Translations under genes and position numbers: made by a program
IMG/VR virus record: IMGVR_UViG_3300005074_000010
Direction: 5' to 3' (one strand)
DNA: 33,678 nucleotides
From: a virus
Shown: positions 1-8,177 of the stretch, piece by piece
How positions within the stretch are numbered: the first letter of the stretch is position 1
Layout of the letters: the number at the start of each line of letters is the position of its first letter
The notes under the pieces: generated by a model
Database searches by the model: none
What the model was told of the DNA's origin: nothing
Seen by the model: only the letters and a program-made list of their open reading frames with translations

Positions 1-99
1 ACGCTCAACAGCAAATAGATAGGCTTACATATTATGTAAAGCAAAATGAGTATAAAGCAGTAACGCATAAGGCGTCTGCTAAAGGAGACCCTACAATAA
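1..99. repeat. 99-nt terminal direct repeat, left copy (identical to 33580-33678)
   Basis: Read by eye: nt 1-99 match nt 33580-33678 base for base. The match ends exactly at the window edges. Confidence 0.95.
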
Positions 100-122
100 C
101 AGCAACTTTTGACATACGATAG
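1..122 (+). CDS. C-terminal end of the tail-tip/distal tail protein that starts at 31488 (wraps around the contig junction)
   Basis: The frame carried over from 31488..33678 continues through nt 99-101 (ACA) to TAG at 120-122. Nt 1-99 duplicate the right end. Confidence 0.75.
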   Translation, partial: AQQQIDRLTYYVKQNEYKAVTHKASAKGDPTITATFDIR

Positions 123-146
123 CGGGTATTTTTTCATGGCCCAACG

Positions 147-186
147 TACGATTTAAGCACGATTTTAGACGATTTGCGGGACTTTC
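147..186 (+). promoter_or_regulatory. Iteron/operator-like motif cluster R1: ACGATTT x3 at about 10-nt spacing (148, 159, 169), then TTTGCGGGACTTTC
   Basis: 11-nt (tacgatttaag) and 14-nt (tttgcgggactttc) exact matches to 14532-14571. Lies in a non-coding gap upstream of the first early gene. Confidence 0.55.
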
Positions 187-223
187 GCTGTATTTTGATG
201 TATTATATTATCCTCTTTTTTTT

Positions 224-237
224 CTTACCGCAAAACC
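224..237 (-). promoter_or_regulatory. Inverted copy of the GTTTTGCGGTAAG motif
   Basis: The reverse complement of 224-236 is an exact 13-mer match to 18647-18659. It forms an inverted pair with TTTGCGGG at 173-180. Confidence 0.5.
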
Positions 238-332
238 ACACGAAAATATATATTCCGTATTTTAAAAAAATTTTTTATTATCGTTTGGAAAATTGAAAAA
301 AAATCGCGATAATTGCAGGAAAATTATAACTT

Positions 333-569
333 ATGACGTACACTACTCCCCCTACTAAAGGAACTTTTAGCGAGGTCTTTAGTAGAGCGCTTAAAGAGCG
401 TAAAATCAAGAGATATGATGTTTGCGATATGTTAGGTATTACTATGCCAACACTAAAGAGCAGAGTCGATTCTCCTATTGATTTCACTATGAGAGAGCTA
501 CTAATACTCTATCAGAATGGACTCAATTTTTTTGACTTTTTTTTTACAGTAACTATAACTAAAGATTAA
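333..569 (+). CDS. Small helix-turn-helix transcriptional regulator (Cro/Xre-like)
   Basis: 78 aa. The segment KRYDVCDMLGITMPTLKSRV looks like a classic HTH. It is the first gene after the regulatory region. Confidence 0.55.
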   Translation: MTYTTPPTKGTFSEVFSRALKERKIKRYDVCDMLGITMPTLKSRVDSPIDFTMRELLILYQNGLNFFDFFFTVTITKD

Positions 570-572
570 CTT

Positions 573-1079
573 ATGGAAGAAAAAACACTTTATGATTATC
601 TCCTTAGAGTACAAAGCGAGATAGGAGCTATACAAAAAAGCTCAGAGAATAACTACTATAAAAGCAGTTATTTCGATATTAACGATTTACTACAAGAGGT
701 CAAGCCAATACTTACTAAATATGGCTTAGTACTAACTCAACCACTCACTACTAAAGACGGAAGAATGTATGTATCTTCAGTTATTAGTAATGGTGTAGAA
801 GTAGTAGAATCAACACTAATATTACCAGATATAGTAAAACCTCAGGAACTAGGTTCTTGTATTACTTACTATAGGCGTTATACGCTAGTATCATTATTAG
901 CTTTACAGGCTGAAGATGATGACGGTAACGCTACAAAAAACGCTACCCAGAAAGGATTAGATAGGCATATTAACGCCATTATTAAATCAGGAGAGCTACA
1001 AAAGGCAAAGAGATATATGAAAGAATATAAGCTCACGCCTCCACAAGAGAAGAAACTCAAAGAATTTTTTAACCTTTAA
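573..1079 (+). CDS. erf: ERF-family single-strand annealing protein
   Basis: Motifs typical of ERF: YKSSYFDINDLLQEVKPILTKYGL and GSCITYYRRYTLVSLLALQAEDDDGN. Confidence 0.85.
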   Translation: MEEKTLYDYLLRVQSEIGAIQKSSENNYYKSSYFDINDLLQEVKPILTKYGLVLTQPLTTKDGRMYVSSVISNGVEVVESTLILPDIVKPQELGSCITYYRRYTLVSLLALQAEDDDGNATKNATQKGLDRHINAIIKSGELQKAKRYMKEYKLTPPQEKKLKEFFNL

Positions 1080-1090
1080 ATTTTATACAA

Positions 1091-1381
1091 ATGCCAAAAT
1101 CAATTTATGTAAAGGGATTCAGGACCTTTAAAAAGAACGATAATGCACCTGAACAACTAGTATGCAAATTACTAGTAACGCCTGAGATGTTGTTTGAACA
1201 GATTAAATCAGGTGAATTAGATGAAGCTCAATCTGAGTATCAAGGTAAGAAGCAGTTTAATATAGATGTATGGGTAACTGATGAGGGTACACTAAATTTT
1301 ACAGCTAATACCTTTAAGCCTGATTCGAGTCAATCAAAAATTACTAAGGTAGCTCAGAAAGACGATGACCTACCATTTTAA
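1091..1381 (+). CDS. 96-aa protein ending in an SSB-type acidic tip (DDDLPF)
   Basis: C-terminus ...KDDDLPF. Sits between the annealase and exonuclease genes. Too short for a canonical SSB. Confidence 0.5.
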   Translation: MPKSIYVKGFRTFKKNDNAPEQLVCKLLVTPEMLFEQIKSGELDEAQSEYQGKKQFNIDVWVTDEGTLNFTANTFKPDSSQSKITKVAQKDDDLPF

Positions 1382-1389
1382 CTAACAAT

Positions 1390-1465
1390 CTAGGGCTCTA
1401 CTGTCTATTTTATTCATTTTATAAATTTTTTAATCATAATTTATTTTTATTATGTAGGGCCCTAG
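1390..1465. repeat. 12-bp GC-rich inverted repeat flanking a 52-nt AT-rich spacer
   Basis: ctagggctctac (1390-1401) pairs with gtagggccctag (1454-1465), with one G.U/mismatch. The spacer is almost pure A/T. Confidence 0.6.
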
Positions 1466-1472
1466 TATTAGT

Positions 1473-2363
1473 ATGCAATATAAAACACAACATAACGCCT
1501 TTGAGAGCCCTCTGTTCGAGTATTATAGAGTACAGGAGTTCATAAAGGAAGAAAAAAACAGATTATTACTAATGAAGAAAAAATTTGATTCTAACCCAGA
1601 ATACCACTCAGCTAAAGGTATATCGGCTAGTGGACTAAAAAAGATATACAAAACAACAGTAACAGATTTTCTAACAGATAGAGTACAAAAGTCAAAAGCT
1701 ATGGAATTTGGCTCAGCAGTACATATCAAGCTACTAGAGCCTGAGAATTATAGTAAAGATGTATATGTAATGCCTAAGATAGATAAGCGCACCTCTACAG
1801 GAAAAACTGAAGCAGAAATACATAGAAAAAGAGCTATTGGTAAGATAGTAATAGATACAGATGAGCAAGCTCTAATTGATGAGATAGTAGCGGTTACTGA
1901 AAAAAATCCTGATATACAGTATTACTTACAAGGGGACCGCGAGTTAAGCCATTACGGACGTTTTAAGGGCGTTTCGGCTCGTTGTAGACCTGATATTATC
2001 AATTACGATAAAAAGTTCATAGCAGACGTTAAAACCTGTCAAAATCCGCACCCCTACGCGTTTCGCTCGGACGTATATAAGTGGGCGTATCATTTACAAG
2101 CTAGTTTTTACTGTGATTTTACAGGTATACCTATAGAAAATTTTAGATTTATCTGTATTAATGCTAGATATGTTAAGAATCAACACGCTGAAAGAGTACC
2201 TTTAGCCTCAGTATCACTAATACAGCTTAATAGTGAGCTAATGGAAGCTGGTCGAGTAGCTTACACTAAAGCAATAGAGAATTGGAAATTCTATAAGGAT
2301 ACAGGCGTATGTCCTGGTTACATATGGGATAATATAGATGATGATAATTCTCTGATAATATGA
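1473..2363 (+). CDS. PD-(D/E)XK exonuclease (DUF3799 / RecE-like)
   Basis: Motifs ISASGLKK...FGSAVHIKLLEP and RCRPDII...IADVKT...YHLQASFY. Confidence 0.8.
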   Translation: MQYKTQHNAFESPLFEYYRVQEFIKEEKNRLLLMKKKFDSNPEYHSAKGISASGLKKIYKTTVTDFLTDRVQKSKAMEFGSAVHIKLLEPENYSKDVYVMPKIDKRTSTGKTEAEIHRKRAIGKIVIDTDEQALIDEIVAVTEKNPDIQYYLQGDRELSHYGRFKGVSARCRPDIINYDKKFIADVKTCQNPHPYAFRSDVYKWAYHLQASFYCDFTGIPIENFRFICINARYVKNQHAERVPLASVSLIQLNSELMEAGRVAYTKAIENWKFYKDTGVCPGYIWDNIDDDNSLII

Positions 2364-2761
2364 AAGATATAATGAATGCTGTAGAGAAAGAGTACAAGAT
2401 AAATATATCAGTTTCTTCAAGGTCTACAGATTATGTAGAAGCTCGAGCAATATATTATGAGTTATGTAGGCGTTATCTAGGTACAAAATATGCTGATATA
2501 TCTAAATCAGTAAACAGAAACCACGCAACAGTACTACACGCGTTAAAAGAGTTTCCCTATATGATGAGATATAGTGAGGGTATGAAGCTGAAATACTATA
2601 GAATTAGAGAGGCTTTAGACGCTAAGTACAATAAGCTTAGAAATATAACACTAGAGGAGCTAAAACTTAGGTATGATAACCTAGAGTATGAAGCTCAAAA
2701 TATTACTGAGGAGATAATAAAGCTAAAAAAATATATTAGGATTTTGATTTCTGAAAAATAA
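2360..2761 (+). CDS. DnaA-domain-IV-like HTH DNA-binding protein
   Basis: VEARAIYYELCRRYLGTKYADISKSVNRNHATVLHALKEF resembles the DnaA C-terminal signature (...RdHTTVlha). Confidence 0.6.
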   Translation: MKDIMNAVEKEYKINISVSSRSTDYVEARAIYYELCRRYLGTKYADISKSVNRNHATVLHALKEFPYMMRYSEGMKLKYYRIREALDAKYNKLRNITLEELKLRYDNLEYEAQNITEEIIKLKKYIRILISEK

Positions 2762-2778
2762 TTTTATTTTTAAAGGCT

Positions 2779-3153
2779 ATGAAACGTAATCCGTTTTGGA
2801 AGTATTTAGGGCCTGAAGATAGAATGCAAAATTCAGTAATGAGCTTTATAAGAGCGCATTATCCTAAGGCGTTAGTAACACACGCTACAAATGAGGGTAA
2901 GAGAACGCCATTCGAAAGGTATAAGTTAAAATATCTAGGCGCTACAGCTGGAATACCAGATGTACTAGTATTTACACCTAACGCTAAATACAATGGTTTA
3001 GCTATAGAACTGAAGTATAAGTATAACAAACCAACGAAAGCACAAGAAGATTGGCTAAAAGAGCTTAAAAAGTGCGGTTGGTACGCAATAGTTAGTAACG
3101 ATATAGATAAAACAATAGATGTCATTAGAAAATATTTTAAAGATGAATTATAA
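2779..3153 (+). CDS. VRR-NUC domain nuclease
   Basis: GIPDVLVF...LAIELKYKYNKPTKAQEDWLKELKKCGW matches the VRR-NUC pattern (PD..ExK..Q..W). Confidence 0.8.
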   Translation: MKRNPFWKYLGPEDRMQNSVMSFIRAHYPKALVTHATNEGKRTPFERYKLKYLGATAGIPDVLVFTPNAKYNGLAIELKYKYNKPTKAQEDWLKELKKCGWYAIVSNDIDKTIDVIRKYFKDEL

Positions 3154-3391
3154 GAGTATATACTTTGATGAGGGCACACAGAAAATCAGATTTACCTCTG
3201 ATTGTACAGAGAATGTGCCTTACACTATGAAGTATGTAGGCAAAATGAACAGAGTAGAATTTGACGCTTTTATTGATTTTCTCTGGGAGGTATATGAAGA
3301 TAATCTAATACCTATGAGCGAATTAGTAAAGCATTATAAAGATTATAGAGAGTTTATAGATAAGAAAAAAGAACTCTTTAGAAGAAAATAA
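3119..3391 (+). CDS. Hypothetical protein (the start may be the ATG at 3143)
   Basis: ORF track only; no recognisable motif. Confidence 0.5.
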   Translation: MSLENILKMNYKSIYFDEGTQKIRFTSDCTENVPYTMKYVGKMNRVEFDAFIDFLWEVYEDNLIPMSELVKHYKDYREFIDKKKELFRRK

Positions 3392-3404
3392 CAATAGATA
3401 ACTT

Positions 3405-4247
3405 ATGGAAGCTAACCGCATATACAAGCCTAGTAGGTTTAGTAGGTATACAATAGTGCCTACTAGTGTTTTTAGATTGAAAGGTATAACAGCTGGAGCT
3501 ACAGGCTTATACTGTTATTTATTCTCTCACGAAGTAGGGCAAAGTATAACAATAAAATTTATTACTAATCACTTTAAAGAGGGTAGGGACGCCATTAACG
3601 CGCGTTTAAAAGAGCTCGAAAAACATAACTTGTTAATCAGAACACCTATTAAGGATAAAGGCAAATTTGCTGGATATAGTTACTATCTAAACGACCTACA
3701 AACACTAGAAACCGATAACGGGAAAACCGTAACGGAAAATCCGCACCAAAGTAATAATAAAAATATAAGTAATATAGATACTAACTCAACAGCTTACAGG
3801 TCCCTAGAGCATTTTATAGCTCTGTTCCCTGAAAAATATAGGCCTACTACAGATAATCAGAGGTATAAATGGTATCAATGCCTAGATAGAATAGAAAGGC
3901 TGGATAAGTATAACTTGAGAGATGTGTATAAAGTTTGCCAAAGGCTCCGTACAGATGAATTCTGGTCTGTAAATTTTTTAACACTATTGAAACTCAGAAA
4001 CCTAGATAAGAATAATATAAAATTTATTGATAGGTTTATGGATAAGTACAGTATAGAAGCTAAACCGAAATGCTACTACAAAATTAAAGGAATAGTAAAA
4101 TATTTCACATATGAACAAGATAATCAGTTACTATTAGGTGCAAAGACAAAAACAGTAACGCTATATGATTATAACCTGAGAAACGTCTTTAATGACGATG
4201 AGTATAACTTAATCTATGAATACACTAATGGGTCTGATAAGGAATAG
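3405..4247 (+). CDS. Putative replication organiser / winged-helix DNA-binding protein
   Basis: The N-terminus (YTIVPTSVFRLKGITAGATGLYCYLFSH...INARLKELEKHNLLIR) resembles phage replication initiator N-terminal wHTH domains. Located upstream of the primase-helicase. Confidence 0.5.
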   Translation: MEANRIYKPSRFSRYTIVPTSVFRLKGITAGATGLYCYLFSHEVGQSITIKFITNHFKEGRDAINARLKELEKHNLLIRTPIKDKGKFAGYSYYLNDLQTLETDNGKTVTENPHQSNNKNISNIDTNSTAYRSLEHFIALFPEKYRPTTDNQRYKWYQCLDRIERLDKYNLRDVYKVCQRLRTDEFWSVNFLTLLKLRNLDKNNIKFIDRFMDKYSIEAKPKCYYKIKGIVKYFTYEQDNQLLLGAKTKTVTLYDYNLRNVFNDDEYNLIYEYTNGSDKE

Positions 4248-4617
4248 TAAACAAGTTAAGCAGAGTATTGACTTTGAGGGAATAGAGAACGGAAATATGC
4301 ACCCTACAGATATAGACGCTGTATTTGAGTTTGATAATGAAGCGTTAATACTAATGGAAGTAAAGAAACGCGGTAATAAATTACCTGTAGGTCAAAGGTT
4401 AGTATTAGAGAGAATAGCGGACTCTTGGCACACAGGTAAATCAATAGTGTTGATTATAAATCACACCTTTAGGAATGATGATAAAGATATTCCTCTAGTA
4501 AAGTGTTATGTTAGAGGATTCTATTATAAAAAAATGTGGTATGAGTGTAATGAGCCACTAAAGAAAACACTCAACAAACTTGGTAAGAAATGGAAAATTA
4601 ATAAACTACAACTATGA
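4216..4617 (+). CDS. Hypothetical protein with a possible PD-(D/E)XK-like motif
   Basis: HPTDIDAVFEF...LILMEVKK fits D...ExK spacing. Weak call. Confidence 0.4.
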   Translation: MNTLMGLIRNSKQVKQSIDFEGIENGNMHPTDIDAVFEFDNEALILMEVKKRGNKLPVGQRLVLERIADSWHTGKSIVLIINHTFRNDDKDIPLVKCYVRGFYYKKMWYECNEPLKKTLNKLGKKWKINKLQL

Positions 4618-4712
4618 AAAACGATAAAAAATACAGAGAAGCTGTAATATTTACAGCTATCAGTTACGCTGGAGTTATCTTAGTTCTAATGTACTTATTG
4701 TATGTTGGATAA
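4614..4712 (+). CDS. Possible 32-aa membrane micro-protein
   Basis: ATGA overlap with the upstream stop. Sequence MKNDKKYREAVIFTAISYAGVILVLMYLLYVG has one hydrophobic helix. It is below the ORF-track cutoff. Confidence 0.3.
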   Translation: MKNDKKYREAVIFTAISYAGVILVLMYLLYVG

Positions 4713-6381
4713 GTTTCTTCAGTTAGGTATCAAGGTACGGAATGTATCAGGTAACCAGAAAACACATTGCCCTAAGTGTTCACACACTAGGAAAAACAAG
4801 AGAGATAAGAGCCTATCAGTAAATGTACAGGAGGGTATGTTTAATTGTCATCACTGCGGTTATAGTGGTAATGTAAATATTACTAAGCGAGATAATTATA
4901 CTGAGATTACTAAAGTAAATATTAACCTTAATGAGCGCGTAATAGGCTGGTTTAAGGATAGAGGAATAAGTACTACGACGCTAGAGTATTGGAAGATAGG
5001 CGAATCTATAGAGTATATGCCTCAGGTAGACGGTAAAAGGCGCTGTATTAACTTTAACTACTTTAGGGACAATACTCTAGTAAACGTAAAATATAGGACC
5101 TCAGATAAGCATTTCAAAATGGTTACAGGTGCAGAACTTATATTTTACGGCCTTAATAATCTCAATCTAGATACTGAAACTTGTTATATAGTAGAGGGAG
5201 AGATAGACGCTCTTAGCTTATATGAAAGCGGTATTTATAGCGTTGTAAGTGTACCTAATGGTGCGAGTAAAGGCAATCAAAATCTTACTTATCTAGACAA
5301 CTGTTATGAATATTTTAAACATAAGAAAGAGATAGTATTATGTACAGATAACGATGAAGCTGGTATTAAATTACGTAATGAATTGGCTAGGAGGCTCGGA
5401 TATTACAGATGTAAATATGTCGATTTTGGAGAGTTTAAGGACGCAAACGAATGTCTGTTAGGCAAAGGGTCTGAATATCTGCGAAGTGTGCTTAAAACGG
5501 CTAAAAACTACCCTCTTGTCGGTGTCTTGTCCCTTGACGATGTATGGCAATCGGTGCTAACATATTCTGAGTCAGGTATAGAAAACTACTCTATTGGATT
5601 AGGAGAGAGCGACAACTTTTTCAATCTAGCATTTGGAGAATGGTCTGTATTAAGCGGTATTCCCAATAGTGGTAAATCTGATATTATGGACCAGATATTA
5701 GTAAACATAGCAAAGCTACATAAGTTTAAGAGCGCTATATTTAGCCCTGAATCATTCCCTTATGAGGGCCACATAAAGAGAATTGCTAATAAAATCAACG
5801 GCAAAAACTGTACAGTAGAGGACTTGAATAATACTAAAGATTTTATAAAGGAATATTTCAGCTGGATTAGAATAGATTTAAAAAACCTTACACTAAAAGG
5901 TATACTAGATAGCTTCAGAGAATTAGTACTACAAAGAGGCGTAAAGGTCTTTGTAATAGACCCTTATAATATGCTAGACCACACAGCTCAAAAGGACTTT
6001 AGCTATATAGGTAAGCAACTGAGCTTAATTACTCAGTTTGTACAGCAAACTAACTCGCATTTATTCCTGATAGCACACCCTAAGAAGATAGAAAGCGAGG
6101 ACGGAGTATTTAAGAAGCCTAATCTATACAGTATATCAGGGTCTGCGGACTTTTTTAACAAGGCGTATAATGGGATAATAGTATATAGATGTATAGGCAA
6201 TAAAACAGAGTACAAATCAGATTTAGTAAAGGTATATATAGAGAAAGTCAAACGTAAGGAGAACGGCCAACTAGGACAATTTGATTTAGCACCTGATTTT
6301 TATAATGGAGGCGTATATAAACCTGTAGGTAAGAAAGAGAAAAAATTTAAGGTAATAAGAGATAATAACGTACCTTTCTAG
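4702..6381 (+). CDS. Bifunctional DNA primase-helicase (T7 gp4-like)
   Basis: Zn finger CPKCSH...CHHCGYSG, TOPRIM motifs VEGEIDALSL/CTDNDEAG, and a Walker A motif SGIPNSGKSD with a DnaB-like C-terminus. Confidence 0.85.
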   Translation: MLDKFLQLGIKVRNVSGNQKTHCPKCSHTRKNKRDKSLSVNVQEGMFNCHHCGYSGNVNITKRDNYTEITKVNINLNERVIGWFKDRGISTTTLEYWKIGESIEYMPQVDGKRRCINFNYFRDNTLVNVKYRTSDKHFKMVTGAELIFYGLNNLNLDTETCYIVEGEIDALSLYESGIYSVVSVPNGASKGNQNLTYLDNCYEYFKHKKEIVLCTDNDEAGIKLRNELARRLGYYRCKYVDFGEFKDANECLLGKGSEYLRSVLKTAKNYPLVGVLSLDDVWQSVLTYSESGIENYSIGLGESDNFFNLAFGEWSVLSGIPNSGKSDIMDQILVNIAKLHKFKSAIFSPESFPYEGHIKRIANKINGKNCTVEDLNNTKDFIKEYFSWIRIDLKNLTLKGILDSFRELVLQRGVKVFVIDPYNMLDHTAQKDFSYIGKQLSLITQFVQQTNSHLFLIAHPKKIESEDGVFKKPNLYSISGSADFFNKAYNGIIVYRCIGNKTEYKSDLVKVYIEKVKRKENGQLGQFDLAPDFYNGGVYKPVGKKEKKFKVIRDNNVPF

Positions 6382-6402
6382 AAATTTTATTAATTTTATC
6401 TA

Positions 6403-6567
6403 ATGCAAGATTTTGAAATACTAATCTTTTGGGACGGCCTATTAGTAGGATATACCTATTACCCTAAAGATGATGAATTTATGGGCACAGTATACGACTT
6501 TAACGAGCTTAATATATACTTACTATTCATTAAATTTTCTTACAGGTGGAACAAGGATTTAACCTAG
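6403..6567 (+). CDS. Possible 54-aa hypothetical protein
   Basis: Hand-translated ATG..TAG ORF (MQDFEILIFWDGLLVGY...), below the ORF-track cutoff. Confidence 0.3.
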   Translation: MQDFEILIFWDGLLVGYTYYPKDDEFMGTVYDFNELNIYLLFIKFSYRWNKDLT

Positions 6568-6758
6568 AACACCAGAGCTGGTGCTTCAATAATGGTATCA
6601 AGATATATATAGTACCTATAGGTCAGCATATCTATATAGAGATTAACGACAATGGGAATATTACTAGGTCTACTAAGACATATAAAAATCAGAAGATAGC
6701 TTCTAATAAAATATGGGAGCTGTATAGCTTCCTTTATTCGCGTTATTGTGAAAATTAA
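6546..6758 (+). CDS. Hypothetical protein (GTG start)
   Basis: ORF track only; no motif. Confidence 0.4.
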   Translation: MEQGFNLEHQSWCFNNGIKIYIVPIGQHIYIEINDNGNITRSTKTYKNQKIASNKIWELYSFLYSRYCEN

Positions 6759-6768
6759 AAATTTATTA

Positions 6769-6776
6769 TACATTTG
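6769..6776 (+). promoter_or_regulatory. Bacteroidota-type -7 promoter box (TACATTTG), within three ATTATACA repeats (6765, 6783, 6792)
   Basis: Matches TAnnTTTG and lies 38 nt upstream of the ATG at 6815. Confidence 0.45.
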
Positions 6777-6814
6777 TAAAACATTATACATATTATACAC
6801 ATAAAAAAGAGGGT

Positions 6815-7399
6815 ATGAATTCACAATTAGTAAAGATTAGTAAGGTTAAGATGAACAAATCTAACCCTAGATTTATTAGAGATAATAAGTTTAACAGGTT
6901 AGTAGCGAGCATTAAGGAATTCCCGGAAATGTTAAAATTAAGGCCAATAGTAGTAAATCAGGATATGATTGTACTAGGCGGTAATATGAGGCTAAAGGCC
7001 TGTAAAGAAGCTGGGCTAAAGGAGGTCTATATTGTAGTAGCTGAAGAACTTACAGAAGAACAACAGAGAGAGTTTATTATTAAAGATAATAATAGCTTCG
7101 GTGAATGGGATTGGGATATTATTGCTAATGAGTGGAATGAAGTCAAATTAGAGGAATGGGGTCTTGATGTTTGGAAAGGAGAGCCTGAGAGCGATATGAG
7201 CTTACTAGATGATTTTGATGATTCTATAGTGGATGATATGCAAATGGGAGTAAAGAGAGGTATACAGATACCCTTTAATCTAGAGCATTATGAAGAGGCC
7301 TTTGAGCTTATCAAGTTCTTTAGAGATAGAGGAGATTATGTAGGTATGCTAATAATACAACACTTAAAACAAGTAAGAGCAGAATATGAAAAGAATTGA
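6815..7399 (+). CDS. ParB-like nuclease-domain protein
   Basis: NPRFIRD...LRPIVV...VLGGNMRLKACKEAGLKEVYIVV is a ParB N-terminal domain pattern. Confidence 0.75.
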   Translation: MNSQLVKISKVKMNKSNPRFIRDNKFNRLVASIKEFPEMLKLRPIVVNQDMIVLGGNMRLKACKEAGLKEVYIVVAEELTEEQQREFIIKDNNSFGEWDWDIIANEWNEVKLEEWGLDVWKGEPESDMSLLDDFDDSIVDDMQMGVKRGIQIPFNLEHYEEAFELIKFFRDRGDYVGMLIIQHLKQVRAEYEKN

Positions 7400-8165
7400 A
7401 TTAGTAAAACAAGAGCATAGCGTTACTATTGGAGATGATTGTGGAGATATAGAGCCAAACGTAACAGAAGATAGCCTTTTTATCGAAAATGGAGAGGTAA
7501 TAGGCTTCTACATAGCAGACCTAGCGAAGTACTCGGAAAAGGCCTCAAAATTAGCGCATTTGGCCAATAATGAATTGCGCTCTAAGCGCGTGCCTAAATC
7601 GGTTATGAAGCGTTCATCTGGTTTTGATAATCCTGAAAATGATGTATCTCAATACAGTACAATACTAGGGAGCTGTTTACCTAAGCCACACTTAGGACGT
7701 ACATATGCTACAAGAAGCTCTGTACATAATGTAGAGTCCGCTAAGAACTTTGTGAAAGCTATGTATCTCTTATGTAGAGAAGCTGAAGATATTATAAAGG
7801 AATTAGCACCGACTATATACGAAGAACAGAAAAAATTAATAGAGGAAACAGTACCTGAGAAATGGAGATTCGGTAGGTTGTTTACTAGTAGCATTAGTAA
7901 TTATAATATACCGGCAAATTTTCACATTGACCACGCGAACATTAAAGGCTGTTGTAATGTTATAATAGCAAAGAAGAACAACGCTACAGGAGGACATACA
8001 ACAGTACCTGATTATGGCGCTACAGTTAATAGCTGTGATAATAGTATGCTAGTATATCCAGCCTGGAGAAATATTCACGGAGTTACGCCTATAATTCCTA
8101 CTAGCAAAGACGGCTACAGAAATACACTAGTTTTTTATCCCCTAGCAGGCTTTACAGATTTATAG
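7386..8165 (+). CDS. Putative 2OG-Fe(II) oxygenase-fold protein
   Basis: An HxD (FHIDH) ... H (NIHGV, +51 aa) ... R (YRNTLVFY, +14 aa) triad with spacing typical of double-stranded beta-helix dioxygenases. Confidence 0.45.
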   Translation: MKRIELVKQEHSVTIGDDCGDIEPNVTEDSLFIENGEVIGFYIADLAKYSEKASKLAHLANNELRSKRVPKSVMKRSSGFDNPENDVSQYSTILGSCLPKPHLGRTYATRSSVHNVESAKNFVKAMYLLCREAEDIIKELAPTIYEEQKKLIEETVPEKWRFGRLFTSSISNYNIPANFHIDHANIKGCCNVIIAKKNNATGGHTTVPDYGATVNSCDNSMLVYPAWRNIHGVTPIIPTSKDGYRNTLVFYPLAGFTDL

Positions 8166-8173
8166 TATATTTG
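8166..8173 (+). promoter_or_regulatory. -7 promoter box TATATTTG, only 4 nt before the terS ATG
   Basis: Exact TAnnTTTG. The ATG is at 8178, which implies a leaderless or near-leaderless transcript. Confidence 0.45.
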
Positions 8174-8177
8174 TACT

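Noticed and set aside
207-240. DnaA-box-like words (ttatcctct, aaccaca) near the DnaA-domain-IV-like gene's presumed targets.
   Set aside because: Each has two or more mismatches to TTATCCACA and is not repeated. The CG-containing TTTGCGG-type motif is a much better-supported recurrent signal.
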